Positions 10,189 through 20,524 of a stretch of 64,000 nucleotides of DNA are shown one piece after another; positions within the stretch are counted from its first letter, which is position 1, and the number at the start of each line of letters is the position of its first letter. This stretch comes from Longimicrobiales bacterium (GTDB lineage Bacteria; Gemmatimonadota; Gemmatimonadetes; Longimicrobiales; Gaopeijiaceae), in NCBI GenBank assembly GCA_041690395.1, contig JAWLHJ010000003.1, forward strand, positions 512,001 through 576,000, in the 5' to 3' direction. Made by a program: the position numbers and the translations under genes. The notes beneath the pieces are model-generated. The model did no database searches, was not told the DNA's origin, and was given only the letters and a program-made list of their open reading frames with translations.

Positions 10189-10848
10189 ATGAATCGCTTT
10201 CTGGTTGGCACCCTGATCCTGGCTGGCGGCTTCGCGGCGAGTGACGCCCGCCCCGCGGCCGCCCAGCTCTCCGCGAACGTGCAGATCTCGTGGCACTGGA
10301 GTGATGACGGCTGGCGGTCCGGCCCCGTGGTGGACGGGTACGTGCGGACCGCCTACCGGGATCGCGCCCCCGTCAGGGTCCGCCCGGCGCCCAGGGCGCG
10401 CCTCCGGATCCCGCCGGGCCATATGCCGCCCACCGGGCTCTGCCGCGTCTGGGTCATGGGCGTTCCGCCGGGGCACCAGCCCCCGCCGCGCCCCTGCTCG
10501 CGCGCCCTGCTCGGGTATCGCGGCGCCGACGTGGTCATCCTCCACACCCCGGCCCGGGACGGCCGGTACTGGGCGCCCGATCACCGCTGGCGCGAGCGCG
10601 GTGATCGGGACCGCTGGAACCGTGACTGGGACGACGACTGGGACGATGACGACCGGTGGGACGATGACTGGGACGACGACGATCGTTGGGACGACGACGA
10701 TCGTTGGGACGACGACGATCGTTGGGACGACGACGATCGTTGGGACGACGACGATTGGGACGATGACGACAGGTGGGAGGACGACCGCCGCCGACCGGGC
10801 CGTGGCGGGCCTCCCGGACGAGGACGCGGCCGGGGCGGACGCGGCTAG
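10189..10848 (+). CDS. Secreted protein with PPGH-CRVW-PPG motif and a WDDDDR tandem-repeat tail
   Basis: Signal peptide, IPPGHMPPTGLCRVWVMGVPPGHQPPPRPC, Asp/Trp repeats, RGG end. GAGGAG RBS. Confidence 0.75.
   Translation: MNRFLVGTLILAGGFAASDARPAAAQLSANVQISWHWSDDGWRSGPVVDGYVRTAYRDRAPVRVRPAPRARLRIPPGHMPPTGLCRVWVMGVPPGHQPPPRPCSRALLGYRGADVVILHTPARDGRYWAPDHRWRERGDRDRWNRDWDDDWDDDDRWDDDWDDDDRWDDDDRWDDDDRWDDDDRWDDDDWDDDDRWEDDRRRPGRGGPPGRGRGRGGRG
10669..10755 (+). repeat. Coding tandem repeat TGGGACGACGACGATCGT x4 plus a partial unit
   Basis: Perfect 18-bp units at 10669, 10687, 10705 and 10723, encoding WDDDDR. Confidence 0.9.
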
Positions 10849-10945
10849 CTGATACGCCGAACGGCGCGAGGGCGCTGCTGCTTGCAGCCCCCTCACCCGC
10901 TCCCTACCCTGGAGGCTCGGTCACCACCACCGGGGAGGAAGCCAG

Positions 10946-11686
10946 ATGCAGACCAGACGCGCGCTCTCGATGACCACCGCGACCCTCTTGGCCGCGAGCC
11001 TCGGCGCATGCGCGCCGGCGGACAACGACACCGAGGCCGAAGCCGCCTCGTCGGCCATGGAAGCGCCCGCCAGCCAGGCGCCCCAGCTCGACACCGGCTC
11101 GGACGAGCCCATGACGTTCTTCGTCACGAGCGCGGGGCCGGGTGACGGCGGCAACCTGGGCGGGCTCGAAGGCGCCGACAACCACTGCCAGACGCTCGCC
11201 GCGGCCGTCGGCGCGGACGACCGGACCTGGCGAGCCTACCTCAGCACCCAGGCCGCCGGCGGCCAGCCCGCGGTGAACGCCCGCGACCGGATCGGCGAGG
11301 GCCCCTGGCACAACGCCAACGGCCTCATCATCGCCACGAATCTCGAGAGCCTCCATTACGACAACTCGAACATCCGTTACGAGTACGCGCTCGACGAGCG
11401 CGGGGAGACGGTGAACTCGGGCGGCATGGGCGACTCGCCGAACATGCACGACATCCTGACGGGGACGCAGATGGACGGCACCGCCTACGCGGCGGGCGAG
11501 GACCGCACCTGCGGCAACTGGACGAGCAACGACGAAGGTGCGGCCTGGGTGGGCCACCACGACCGCATCACCAGGACCACGCCCGGCGGATCCTGGAACG
11601 CCCAGCACTCGTCCGCGGGATGCAGCCAGGAGAGCCTGGTCCAGACGGGCGGCGCCGGCCTCTTCTACTGCTTCGCGGCGAACTGA
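10946..11686 (+). CDS. Lipoprotein with a lectin/endostatin-like domain
   Basis: LGA-C lipobox. FFVTS..GNLGGLEGADNHCQTLA..WRAYLS..RDRIGEGPW..GLFYCFA. Confidence 0.75.
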   Translation: MQTRRALSMTTATLLAASLGACAPADNDTEAEAASSAMEAPASQAPQLDTGSDEPMTFFVTSAGPGDGGNLGGLEGADNHCQTLAAAVGADDRTWRAYLSTQAAGGQPAVNARDRIGEGPWHNANGLIIATNLESLHYDNSNIRYEYALDERGETVNSGGMGDSPNMHDILTGTQMDGTAYAAGEDRTCGNWTSNDEGAAWVGHHDRITRTTPGGSWNAQHSSAGCSQESLVQTGGAGLFYCFAAN

Positions 11687-12879
11687 CCCGGGCCGGCGGG
11701 AAGGACCATGCCTTCCCGCCGCCCGGCACCGCCTCCCACGACCAGCTTCGCCAGCAGCACCAGGCCGAGGAACCCGAGGGGTATCGTCCACCCACCCGTC
11801 AGGTCGTAAATGAGACCGAACACCGTGGGGCCGGTGGCCGCGACGAGATAGCCGACGGACTGGGCCATGCCCGACAGGTCCCCGGCGGTCTCGGGATCGG
11901 GGCTCCGGAGGGCCAGCAACAGCAGGGCCAGGCCGAACGTGCCGCCCAGAACGAAGCCCAGCACGGCGACCCATAGCACCAGCCAGGCGTTGCCCGCGAC
12001 GAGGAAGCCGAGCAGGCTGGCCGCTTCCAGCAGTCCCAGGATCCAGATGATGCTCCGCTGGTCGGAGCGGCGGCCCGCCCACACCGGGACCACCGCCGTC
12101 CCCACCACGCCTGCCGCCTGGGACAGCGCCAGCAGCCATCCCGCCTCGGCCGGACCGAAGCCCCGGCTCGCCAGGAGGTCCGGCATCCACGCCAGCATGA
12201 CGTAGAACGTGAGGGACTGGAAGCCCATGAACAGGGCGATCTGCCAGGCCAGCAGGGAGCCCGCCAGCTCCCGGAGGCGGGAGCGCGGCCGCTCGGCCCT
12301 CGGAGCCCGGCGGCCACGGCGCGCGATGGGCACCCAGACCGCGAGCGCGACGAGGGCCGGCAGCACCCATGCGCCCAGCGCGAGCCGCCAGCCCATCTCG
12401 AGGGCGAGCGGCGCGGTGAGCCCGGCCGCCAGCGTCGCGCCGAGCCCCATCGTGCTCGAGTACACGCTGGTGACCGAGCCCATGCGCTCGGGGAAATAGC
12501 GCTTCGCCAGAGCCGGGAGCAGCACGTTGCCCATGGCGATGCCCACCCCGAGCAGGATGGTGCCGCCGAAGAGCAGCACGGACCCCGGCACCGAGCGGGT
12601 GAGGATCCCCAGGCCGATGAGCCCCAGGGCCAGCACCACGCCGCCCTCGACGCCTACCCGCCGGGTCACTCGAGGCGTGAACGCGGACAGGAAGCCGAAG
12701 GCCAGGAGCGGGAGCCCCGTGAGTAATCCCAGGGCCACGTTCGCCAGCCCCGTGGACGCCCGGATGTCCGCCACCACCGGACCGACCCCCGCCAGCGCGG
12801 CGCGCAGGTTGAGGGCGAGAAGGACGATGGCGGTGAGGACGAGTGCGCGGGGGATCTGGCGGAGCGGGTGCGAGCTCAC
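11665..12879 (-). CDS. CynX/NimT-family MFS transporter
   Basis: LALNLRAAL, GNVLLPALAKRYFP, LSGMAQSVGY. GTGA overlap with the upstream marC. Confidence 0.88.
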   Translation of the reverse strand: MSSHPLRQIPRALVLTAIVLLALNLRAALAGVGPVVADIRASTGLANVALGLLTGLPLLAFGFLSAFTPRVTRRVGVEGGVVLALGLIGLGILTRSVPGSVLLFGGTILLGVGIAMGNVLLPALAKRYFPERMGSVTSVYSSTMGLGATLAAGLTAPLALEMGWRLALGAWVLPALVALAVWVPIARRGRRAPRAERPRSRLRELAGSLLAWQIALFMGFQSLTFYVMLAWMPDLLASRGFGPAEAGWLLALSQAAGVVGTAVVPVWAGRRSDQRSIIWILGLLEAASLLGFLVAGNAWLVLWVAVLGFVLGGTFGLALLLLALRSPDPETAGDLSGMAQSVGYLVAATGPTVFGLIYDLTGGWTIPLGFLGLVLLAKLVVGGGAGRREGMVLPAGPGQFAAKQ

Positions 12880-13481
12880 GGGCCTCCGATCCCGAAGAAG
12901 TCCCCGATGCCCGTCAGCATCATCTTCGTCGCGATCGCGATCAGGATCATCCCCATGAGACGCTCGATCGCGACCAGGCCCCGCCGCTTCAGGATCCGTG
13001 CGAGATCCGTGGAGGCCAGCAGCACGCCCCCGGTCACGCCCCAGGAGATGAGCACGGCGGCCAGCCACTCCGGCCAACGGGTGGGATCGCTGCTCATGAT
13101 GAACAGGACGGCCGCGAGCGCCGACGGGCCCGCGACGAACGGCACGGCGAGCGGCACCAGCAGAGGCTCCTCGTCCGCCTCGGCCGCGTCCGTGGCGAAC
13201 GCGCCCCCCGGCGCCGGGAAGATCATCCGCAGCGCGATGAGGAAGAGAATGACCCCGCCCGCGACGGTGAGCGTGTCCTCCGTGATGTCGATCGCCTCGA
13301 GCAGGTACCGCCCGGCGAACAGGAACACCAGAAGGAACCCGAGCGCGATCAGCAGCTCACGCGCGATCACCCGCCGTCGGCGTTCCGGGGCGACCGGGTT
13401 CAGCACCGACAGGAACATCGGGACGTTTCCGAGCGGATCCATGACGAGGATCAGCAGCAGCGTCGCCGAGAAGAGGGTCAC
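12876..13481 (-). CDS. MarC/YhgN-family membrane protein
   Basis: LVMDPLGNVPMF, AGGVILFLIALRMIF, PLAVPFVAGPS, ERLMGMIL. Confidence 0.9.
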   Translation of the reverse strand: MTLFSATLLLILVMDPLGNVPMFLSVLNPVAPERRRRVIARELLIALGFLLVFLFAGRYLLEAIDITEDTLTVAGGVILFLIALRMIFPAPGGAFATDAAEADEEPLLVPLAVPFVAGPSALAAVLFIMSSDPTRWPEWLAAVLISWGVTGGVLLASTDLARILKRRGLVAIERLMGMILIAIATKMMLTGIGDFFGIGGP

Positions 13482-15901
13482 GGCGCGGCCGCCCCCCTCA
13501 CCGTGCAGAACCCGCCTTCCTCCGTGCACCCGGGCTCCCGCAAGGTACGCTCGAACAACTCGAAGATCCGGCGGTACTCGTCGGTCCAGGAGGCCGGCTC
13601 GACGAAGCCGTGATTCTCCACCGGATAGACCGCGAACTCCCAGTTCTCCTTACCCAGCTCGATGAGCCGCTGCGCCAGGCGCACCACGTCGGAGAAGTGC
13701 ACGTTCGTGTCGACCATGCCGTGCAGGATGAGGAGATGCTGGTCCGGCCGGAAGTTCTCGGCGAAGTAGATCGGGGAAGACTGCTCGTAGGCCTCCTCGT
13801 CGTCCTGCGGGAGGTTCAGAATGCGGCTCGTGTAACCGTGGTTGTAGTGGGCCCAGTCGGTGACCGACCGCAGCGCCGCGCCCGACTTGAACGTGTCGTC
13901 GGCGGTGAAGAGCGCCATGAGGGTGATGAAGCCGCCGTACGATCCCCCGTAGAGCCCGATGCGCGCCGGGTCGATGCCCTCCTGCTCCACCAGGTACCGG
14001 GCGCCGTCGACCTGATCGGACAGGTCCTTCCCGCCCATCCAGCGGTAGATCGCCGTGCGCCACTCCGCACCGTATCCCGCGGATCCCCGGTAGTCGATGT
14101 CGAGCACCGTGTATCCGGCCGCCGCCAGGAAGTGGTGGAACTGGTACTCGCGGTAGTACGACGACCAGTAGCTGTGGATGTTGTGCAGGTAACCCGCCCC
14201 GTGCACGAAGATCACCGCCGCCCCGTTCGACTCGGCGCCCATGTCCTCGGGCCGGTAGATACGCGCCGGCACCATGGTCCCGTCCTCGGCCTCGAAGCGG
14301 ACGATCTCCGGGCGGATCCATGGGAAGGCGAGCCAGTCGCCTGTCGGCGAGGTGGTGATGCGCGCCATGTCCGACACGTCGTCGGCGTCGGCCACGAACA
14401 GCTCGGGCGGCCGGTTGGCCACGTCGTGCAGCACCGCCATCCGCTCGCCGTCGGGCGACGGCGTGCCCACGTAGCGGCCCTCGCCCTCGGTGAGCGCCTC
14501 ATGGCCGGACCCGTCGAAGTCCATGCGGTACAAATGCTCGTTGAACGGCGATCCTTCGTTGGTGCGGAGGAGGAAGCGCGAGCGGTCCTCGGGGATCTCG
14601 ACGTCGAGGACCTCCCACTCGCCACTGGTGAGCGCCCGCTTGTCGGAGGCGTCGGCGTTCACCGCGTAGAGGTGCGCGTATCCCGTCTCCTCGCTCACGA
14701 ACCAGATGCGGTCGGAGTCTGGAATGAAGCCCACGCATGACGAGAAGCACGGGCCGGCCACCCACGCGTCGTCGTGCAGATGGTCGAGGAGCGTGGTCTC
14801 GCCCGTCTCGGCATCGTAGCCGAAGAGCCAGCGGTCCTTGTCGTCGAGCGAGACCATGAAGAGGAACGCCTTCGTGCCCGCGTCGTTCCAGCCAATGTTG
14901 CTCACGCGAGCGGGCTCGGGGGTGAGGTCGAGCCAGGTCACCTCGCCGGTCGCCGTCTCGAGGACGCCGGTGCGCGACGCGTCCTGTGCGTCGCCCACCT
15001 TGGTGCGCACCTCGAGCGGCGTCGTGTAGCCGTCCTCGGTGACCCAGTCGGGGACCATAGTCTGGAGCTCGTCCTCGGTGGGCGTCTCGGTCCGCACGAG
15101 CACCCGGGCGCCGTCCCGAGTGGGCACGAGCTCGTCCACGCGCTCGTCGCTCTCGAGATGCACGGGCACCGGGTCGCCGGCCTCCACGAGCTCCCGAATG
15201 GAGTCGGCACGCGCCTCGTCGCGGGCGCCGCGGCGGATATGCTCGAACAACTCGAGCTGCTGGCGCTCGAGGAAGCCGCGCTGGCCCTCCGCCTCCTCGT
15301 CCTCGTCGGCGGGGCCGCTCTCGATGCGCGTCAGTTGGGTGAGCTCGCCGCTCGCGATCCCGAGGCGGTAGAGCTCGTCGCCGCGCTGAAAGAGCACGGA
15401 AGCGCCGTCCTGCGAGAAGATCGGGTCGCTCTCGGCCTCCTCGGTGTGGGTCAGACGGCGCACGTCGAGGGTGCCTCGGTCGATCAGGTAGAGGTCGCCG
15501 TCCACCGAGGTCACCCGCCGGGTCCGGTCGAGCGAGAGGTCACCGCCCGCCACGAGGGGCGCCAGGCGGCGCGCCTCCACCTCGTCGATCCGCTCCGGCT
15601 CGCCGCCCTCCGCCGGCACGCGGTAGAGGGAACGACCGGCGTCCCACTCCAGCCCGCCCGGCTGCCACTGGAAGTAGATCCAGCGGGAGTCGTCGGTCCA
15701 GCGCACCTGCGTGGGGGCCTGCCCGACGTTCGCCTCCGCCTGCATGATGCTCTCGATGGACAGCTCGAAGTCGTGGGCGCTCGCGGGCGGCGGCACGTAC
15801 TCGGCCACGCTCTGGGCGCCGGCGGGGGCGGCTGCCGCGGCGGCCACCAGGGCGAGCACGAAGACCGCGCGGAATGAATAGCCCTCGGTCGTTCCCCTCA
15901 T
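13478..15901 (-). CDS. Secreted S9-family (DPP IV/prolyl oligopeptidase-like) peptidase
   Basis: Signal peptide, beta-propeller, GGSYGG nucleophile, HGMVDTNV, ENHGF. Start chosen 8 nt after GAAGGAG. Confidence 0.9.
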   Translation of the reverse strand: MRGTTEGYSFRAVFVLALVAAAAAAPAGAQSVAEYVPPPASAHDFELSIESIMQAEANVGQAPTQVRWTDDSRWIYFQWQPGGLEWDAGRSLYRVPAEGGEPERIDEVEARRLAPLVAGGDLSLDRTRRVTSVDGDLYLIDRGTLDVRRLTHTEEAESDPIFSQDGASVLFQRGDELYRLGIASGELTQLTRIESGPADEDEEAEGQRGFLERQQLELFEHIRRGARDEARADSIRELVEAGDPVPVHLESDERVDELVPTRDGARVLVRTETPTEDELQTMVPDWVTEDGYTTPLEVRTKVGDAQDASRTGVLETATGEVTWLDLTPEPARVSNIGWNDAGTKAFLFMVSLDDKDRWLFGYDAETGETTLLDHLHDDAWVAGPCFSSCVGFIPDSDRIWFVSEETGYAHLYAVNADASDKRALTSGEWEVLDVEIPEDRSRFLLRTNEGSPFNEHLYRMDFDGSGHEALTEGEGRYVGTPSPDGERMAVLHDVANRPPELFVADADDVSDMARITTSPTGDWLAFPWIRPEIVRFEAEDGTMVPARIYRPEDMGAESNGAAVIFVHGAGYLHNIHSYWSSYYREYQFHHFLAAAGYTVLDIDYRGSAGYGAEWRTAIYRWMGGKDLSDQVDGARYLVEQEGIDPARIGLYGGSYGGFITLMALFTADDTFKSGAALRSVTDWAHYNHGYTSRILNLPQDDEEAYEQSSPIYFAENFRPDQHLLILHGMVDTNVHFSDVVRLAQRLIELGKENWEFAVYPVENHGFVEPASWTDEYRRIFELFERTLREPGCTEEGGFCTVRGAAAP

Positions 15902-16081
15902 CGTCATCACTCCTTCGCGTTGGACTCGTCGGTGACCCCATCCATGTAGGCCAGGGCGGATCGCCCCGGCAAGCTCGCACCCACATGGCGAAGCGGCCAG
16001 AACGACGGCGTCACGGAATGCGGTTCCGAATCGTTGCTCCTGTGTGACGCCCTGGACTCCGGCCCCGCCACCCCACGGACC

Positions 16082-16678
16082 GTGAAGCGCCCAAGCCTTC
16101 TGCTCCCCATGCTCGCGCTCGCCATCACCGCCTGCTCGAGTCCCGCCGAGCCCACCAGCCAGGAGATCCCCGTCTTGTGGTGGGCCGACGTCGGAAAGCC
16201 GTGTCCCGTGGACGCTCCCGCGCCCAGTCTCCCGGATTCCCTGCAGGTCCACTGGACATCGGCACGTCCCAACATGGACGACCGCTGGGCGGGAATCGCG
16301 CGCCGAACCCCCGGCGGCTGGGGGGGATACTTCATCGACGATGGGCGGTGGACGATGTATCTCACGGATCCCACGCAGGCCGAGGCCGCGGTCGACGCGC
16401 TGCGGGCCGCGGGCATGCCCGTCGGGTACGGCTACGTCGTCCGGCAGGGCCGCTGGGATTTCGCACAGATGTACGACTGGTACCGGTACCTCTCCTCCCA
16501 TGTCTCGGCCGTCGAGGGGAGGACCTTCAGCGACATCCAGGAGGCGAGGAACCGACTCGAGTACGGAGTGGTGGACGACGACGCGCGCGCCGAGCTCGAG
16601 GGCGTGCTGTCGGGGCTGGACGTGCCGTGCCACCTGGTGGCCATCCAACGTACCGGACACTGGATCCTCGATTCCTGA
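16082..16678 (+). CDS. Hypothetical lipoprotein
   Basis: MKRPSLLLPMLALAITA-C lipobox, globular body. Confidence 0.65.
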   Translation: MKRPSLLLPMLALAITACSSPAEPTSQEIPVLWWADVGKPCPVDAPAPSLPDSLQVHWTSARPNMDDRWAGIARRTPGGWGGYFIDDGRWTMYLTDPTQAEAAVDALRAAGMPVGYGYVVRQGRWDFAQMYDWYRYLSSHVSAVEGRTFSDIQEARNRLEYGVVDDDARAELEGVLSGLDVPCHLVAIQRTGHWILDS

Positions 16679-16687
16679 CGGTAGCCC

Positions 16688-16936
16688 CTACCGCCGCTCC
16701 GCCGCCCGCCTCAGCTCCTCCGCCAGCTTGATCAGGTCGCTCGCCCGCTTCTGCGCAAGCTTCGCGACGGCCTTCTCCCACCCCTCGGGCGGCTCCCGGT
16801 AGGACTTGGACTCCGGGTCGAGACGGGCCCGGCGCAGGGTCTGGTGCTCGACGCCGACGGACTTGGCCATGTCGGCGAGCGTGATACGCGCCGCGGCGAC
16901 GCGGTCGCTGGCTCTCTTGAAGTCGATGCGGGACAC
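16688..16936 (-). CDS. Small putative helix-turn-helix protein
   Basis: 82 aa. ITLADMAKSVGVEHQTLRRAR resembles an HTH. Lies just downstream of the tRNA. Confidence 0.6.
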   Translation of the reverse strand: MSRIDFKRASDRVAAARITLADMAKSVGVEHQTLRRARLDPESKSYREPPEGWEKAVAKLAQKRASDLIKLAEELRRAAERR

Positions 16937-16975
16937 GTTCCTGTTCCTCGATTGCGTAGGGGGGGATCGCTGCAG

Positions 16976-17059
16976 TGCCGGGGGCGGGACTCGAACCCGC
17001 ATGGGATTGCTCCCGGGGGATTTTAAGTCCCCTGCGTCTACCGATTTCGCCACCCCGGC
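16976..17059 (-). tRNA. tRNA-Leu (anticodon TAA)
   Basis: GCCGGGGTGGCGAAATCGGTAGACGC-AGGGGA CTTAAAA TCCCC-long variable arm-GCGGGTTCGAGTCCCGCCCCCGGCA. CCA not encoded. Confidence 0.97.
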
Positions 17060-17213
17060 GATAAGGGGAGAAGATGCCTCAGTCACGCGTCGGCGGCCAG
17101 ATATGGACGCTGGGCCCGACGCGTGCAGGAAGGATCCGCCCGTGCTGGTGTCTGCTGCAGGGCGACCCGGCGGAACCGCCTCGTGACCCGTTGCAACCCA
17201 TTGTCCCCGACTC

Positions 17214-17263
17214 TTGTCCGACTTGTATGACAGTGCTATACATCTGGCGCACTTGTATGACAA
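17214..17263 (+). promoter_or_regulatory. padR promoter with duplicated ACTTGTATGACA operator
   Basis: 12-bp repeats at 17221 and 17251 (TTGT-N3-ACAA palindrome). TTGTCC-17-TATACA promoter-like. Confidence 0.6.
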
Positions 17264-17288
17264 CGTCAGGCATCTTGGAGTAGCGCAC

Positions 17289-17630
17289 ATGGCCCCCACC
17301 GTTCTCGGACAGTTCGAGCACCAGGTACTCCTGGCGATCCTCCGCCTCGGCTCCGAAGCCTACAGCGTGGAGATCGTCTCGGAGCTGGAGCGCAGCACCG
17401 GCAAGGAGGTAGCCACGTCGGCAGTGTTCGTTTCGCTGCGGCGCATGAAGGCGAAGGACCTGCTCCTGGATAGGATGGTGGAGCCCGGGGAGGAAGGAGG
17501 CCACTCGCGACGCTACTTCCGGCTCACCGAGGAGGCCCTCGACGCCCTGCGTGCCTCGCGCCAGAGCTTCCTCAAGCTCTGGGACGGCGTGGAGGCGGCC
17601 CTCGACGAGCCACGGCCTGACACGCCATGA
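17289..17630 (+). CDS. PadR-family transcriptional regulator
   Basis: [16 protein letters not shown], winged helix, RRYFRLT. ATGA overlap with the permease. Confidence 0.88.
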   Translation: MAPTVLGQFEHQVLLAILRLGSEAYSVEIVSELERSTGKEVATSAVFVSLRRMKAKDLLLDRMVEPGEEGGHSRRYFRLTEEALDALRASRQSFLKLWDGVEAALDEPRPDTP

Positions 17631-20284
17631 CCGACTGGGAAGTTGGGTCGGGTCCGCCCAAGCTGGCCCGACGACTTCTGGCCCTGCTGGTGGACGAGGC
17701 GCAACGCGACGACGTGGATTCGACCCTCGCGGAGCTCTTCCGTGAGCGGGTGGCCCGAGATGGCGCAGGTGCGGCGACACGATGGTACTGGCGCCAGGTG
17801 GGCGGATTCGCTGCGCGCTGGCGCCCATTCAACACGGGAATGGGGGGGTGGACGACGATGGACATGTGGACCAGAGATCTCCGGCACGGGCTGCGCTCGC
17901 TGATCCGCGCACCGGGCTTCACACTCATCGCCGTGGGGACGCTGGCGCTGGGCATCGGTGCCAACACCGCCATCTTCAGCCTGATCGCGGGCACCCTCCT
18001 GAGACCCCTTCCCTACGACCAGCCCGAGCGGCTGGTCTGGCTCTCCGATGGCCACCCGAACTTCGGGGGTGGGGGCACGAACCAATCCGTCCCCAACCTC
18101 ATGGATCTGCAGGCGGGCTCCCGCCTCATGAGTTCGTCGGCCATCTACCGGGTCCTGGGCGGCAACCTCGCCACCGACGAGGACGCGGTGCGCATCCCGA
18201 TCCTGTTCACCTCGTCGCCGATGCTCGGCGTACTGGGTGTTCCGCCCCGCCTGGGGCGCGACCTGCTTCCTACCGACGACGGCGCGGGCGCGGAGCCCGT
18301 GGCGATCCTCACCGATGATCTCTGGCGGTCCACCTTCGGCGCCGACCCCGACGTGGTCGGACGAACGGTACAGGTGGACGCCCGGCCGGTGCGCGTCATC
18401 GGGGTGCTTCCTCGCGACTTCACTTTCGAGGACGATCCCAAGCTGGTCATGGCGCTCCAACACCTGGGCGCCGACCTGAGCCGGGGGGGCAGAGGCTACA
18501 ACGGAGTGGCCCGCCTGGCCCCAGGCGCTGACCCGAGGGCACTCACCGCCGAGTTGCAAGGCATCTTCTCAGGTCTGACCGACGAGTACCCGCAGGTGAA
18601 CGAGGGGTGGTTCACCATGGCCGAGCCTCTTCAGGAGCATGTCATCGGACAGAACCGTCATTCGCTGCTTCTCCTGGGCGGTGCGGCGGCCCTCGTGCTC
18701 CTCATAGCCTGCGTCAACGTCGCCAACCTGCTGCTGGTCCGGGCCGAGCGACGTCACCGGGAGTTGGCGGTGCGGTATTCCCTGGGGGCCCGTAGGTCGG
18801 GGCTCGTCTCCCTATTCCTCTCCGAAGGTCTGGTCCTGGGCCTGGCCGGAGGCGCGCTGGGGGTCGCCGGGGCGTACGGGGGCATCGACCTGCTCGTGTC
18901 CCTGTACGGCAGCACCCTGGCTCGAGCCGACGCCGTCGGCATCGACGGAACCGTCCTTGGCATCACTCTGGCGACGTCCCTCCTGGTGGGCATCGGGGTG
19001 GGGCTGGCCCCGCTGACCCGCGTGCGCCCTGACGAGCTCCAGGGCCACCTCCGAGAAGGCGCGCGGGGCTCCTCGGGACGCGGCAGCCGGCTGGGCAACG
19101 CCCTGGTCGTGGCGGAGGTGGCCCTCTCCGTCGTAGTCGTGGCCGGCGCCGGGCTTCTGGCCAACAGCATGTGGCGTCTCCAGCAAGTGGACCTGGGTGT
19201 GCACCGCGCCGACCAGGTCATGACCTTCACGCTGTCCCTGCCTGCGGCAGCGTACCCCACGTCCGAGACGATCGCGCAGTTCACCGGTGAGCTGGATGGT
19301 CGACTGATGGCCACCCCCGGGGTGGAGGCGGTGGGCTTCGTGAACCGGCTCCCTCTCGTGGGTGGGGACAACACCACCGTCTACGTGTGGGGCGACGAGG
19401 AGCGGAAGGCCGACTTCACGTCCATCCGCTCCATCACGCCCGGGTACTTCGACGCCGTTGGTGTCCCCCTCCTGTCGGGCCGATGGCTCACCGAGGATGA
19501 GTTCCGTGGGGAGACCTCGTCGGCGATCATCAACCAGACCCTCGCCCGACAGCTCTTCGGTTCGGAGGACCCCCTGGGACAGCGGATCGACGTCCGCGGG
19601 ATCGAAGGAGGTCTGGTCGTGGTGGGCGTGGTCGCCGACATCGCCGGGGGACGCCCGGACCGTCCGGCACCCGGTGCCTTCTACTACCCCATGCGCACGC
19701 GGCTGAAACTCGCGGCGTCCCAACCGCGCTCCGCCGACGACTTCTGGGGCATGGCCGCCCTCGTCCGGACCGCGGGTGAGCCCCAGGCGCTGGTTCCCGC
19801 CTTACGGGAGGCGGTGGGCGCTGGAGACCCGGGCATGCCCTTGAGCTACGTCCGCACCCTCCAGGACATCGCCACCGACCGCCTGGGAACCCGTCGCTTC
19901 GCCTTGTCCCTGTTCGGTGTCTTTGCCGGCCTCGCACTGCTCTTGGGTACCGTGGGAATCTATGGCGTCATGTCCTACAGCGTGGCCCAACGCGCCCGCG
20001 AGATGGGGGTGAGGATGGCCTTGGGGGCCAGCCGGGGATCGGTGCTCCGTCTGGTCCTGGGCGAGAGCGCCCGCCTCACCGTTCCGGGAGTGATCCTGGG
20101 CCTGTTGGGCGCCATGGCGTCGGCGCGGGTGCTGGGCAGCCTCCTCTTCGAGGTCAGCCCGCTCGACCTGTGGACGTACGCATCGGTGGCCGCGGTCCTG
20201 GCGTTGGTCTCCGTGGCGGCCACCTGGCTCCCGGCATGGAGGGCCACGCGGGTGGATCCCATGACGAGCATGCGCGCTGAGTAA
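17627..20284 (+). CDS. ADOP-family duplicated (MacB/FtsX-like) permease
   Basis: [73 protein letters not shown]. Confidence 0.92.
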   Translation: MTDWEVGSGPPKLARRLLALLVDEAQRDDVDSTLAELFRERVARDGAGAATRWYWRQVGGFAARWRPFNTGMGGWTTMDMWTRDLRHGLRSLIRAPGFTLIAVGTLALGIGANTAIFSLIAGTLLRPLPYDQPERLVWLSDGHPNFGGGGTNQSVPNLMDLQAGSRLMSSSAIYRVLGGNLATDEDAVRIPILFTSSPMLGVLGVPPRLGRDLLPTDDGAGAEPVAILTDDLWRSTFGADPDVVGRTVQVDARPVRVIGVLPRDFTFEDDPKLVMALQHLGADLSRGGRGYNGVARLAPGADPRALTAELQGIFSGLTDEYPQVNEGWFTMAEPLQEHVIGQNRHSLLLLGGAAALVLLIACVNVANLLLVRAERRHRELAVRYSLGARRSGLVSLFLSEGLVLGLAGGALGVAGAYGGIDLLVSLYGSTLARADAVGIDGTVLGITLATSLLVGIGVGLAPLTRVRPDELQGHLREGARGSSGRGSRLGNALVVAEVALSVVVVAGAGLLANSMWRLQQVDLGVHRADQVMTFTLSLPAAAYPTSETIAQFTGELDGRLMATPGVEAVGFVNRLPLVGGDNTTVYVWGDEERKADFTSIRSITPGYFDAVGVPLLSGRWLTEDEFRGETSSAIINQTLARQLFGSEDPLGQRIDVRGIEGGLVVVGVVADIAGGRPDRPAPGAFYYPMRTRLKLAASQPRSADDFWGMAALVRTAGEPQALVPALREAVGAGDPGMPLSYVRTLQDIATDRLGTRRFALSLFGVFAGLALLLGTVGIYGVMSYSVAQRAREMGVRMALGASRGSVLRLVLGESARLTVPGVILGLLGAMASARVLGSLLFEVSPLDLWTYASVAAVLALVSVAATWLPAWRATRVDPMTSMRAE

Positions 20285-20524
20285 GACGGATCGCAGGGCA
20301 CGAGGTGGGTTCGCCTTGTAGCTCGGCTCCTCGTACGCGACCCGATGCCCCTTCCCTTCTCGGAGTCCCGCGGACGAGGGGCCAGACTCCCATCCCCCGA
20401 CCCACGTCCCGCCCTGTCACGAACCCCCGACCTCCCTCGTTCGAACGCATGAAACGCAGGGCGGCGGCCGACGCCATGCGCTCATCCAAGATCGATATCA
20501 CGAAGTTCGAAAGGAGTTGCTCAT

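Noticed and set aside
10621..10790. Possible CRISPR array
   Set aside because: Contiguous 18-bp in-frame units with no spacers and no cas genes; a coding tandem repeat.
16060..16080. att site matching the tRNA (CGCCACCCC)
   Set aside because: Only 9 bp, matches the tRNA 5' end rather than the 3' end, and is expected by chance at this GC content.
15902..16660. 1060-aa extended S9 peptidase
   Set aside because: The extension is antisense to a real lipoprotein gene, and the RBS and signal peptide support a start at 15901.
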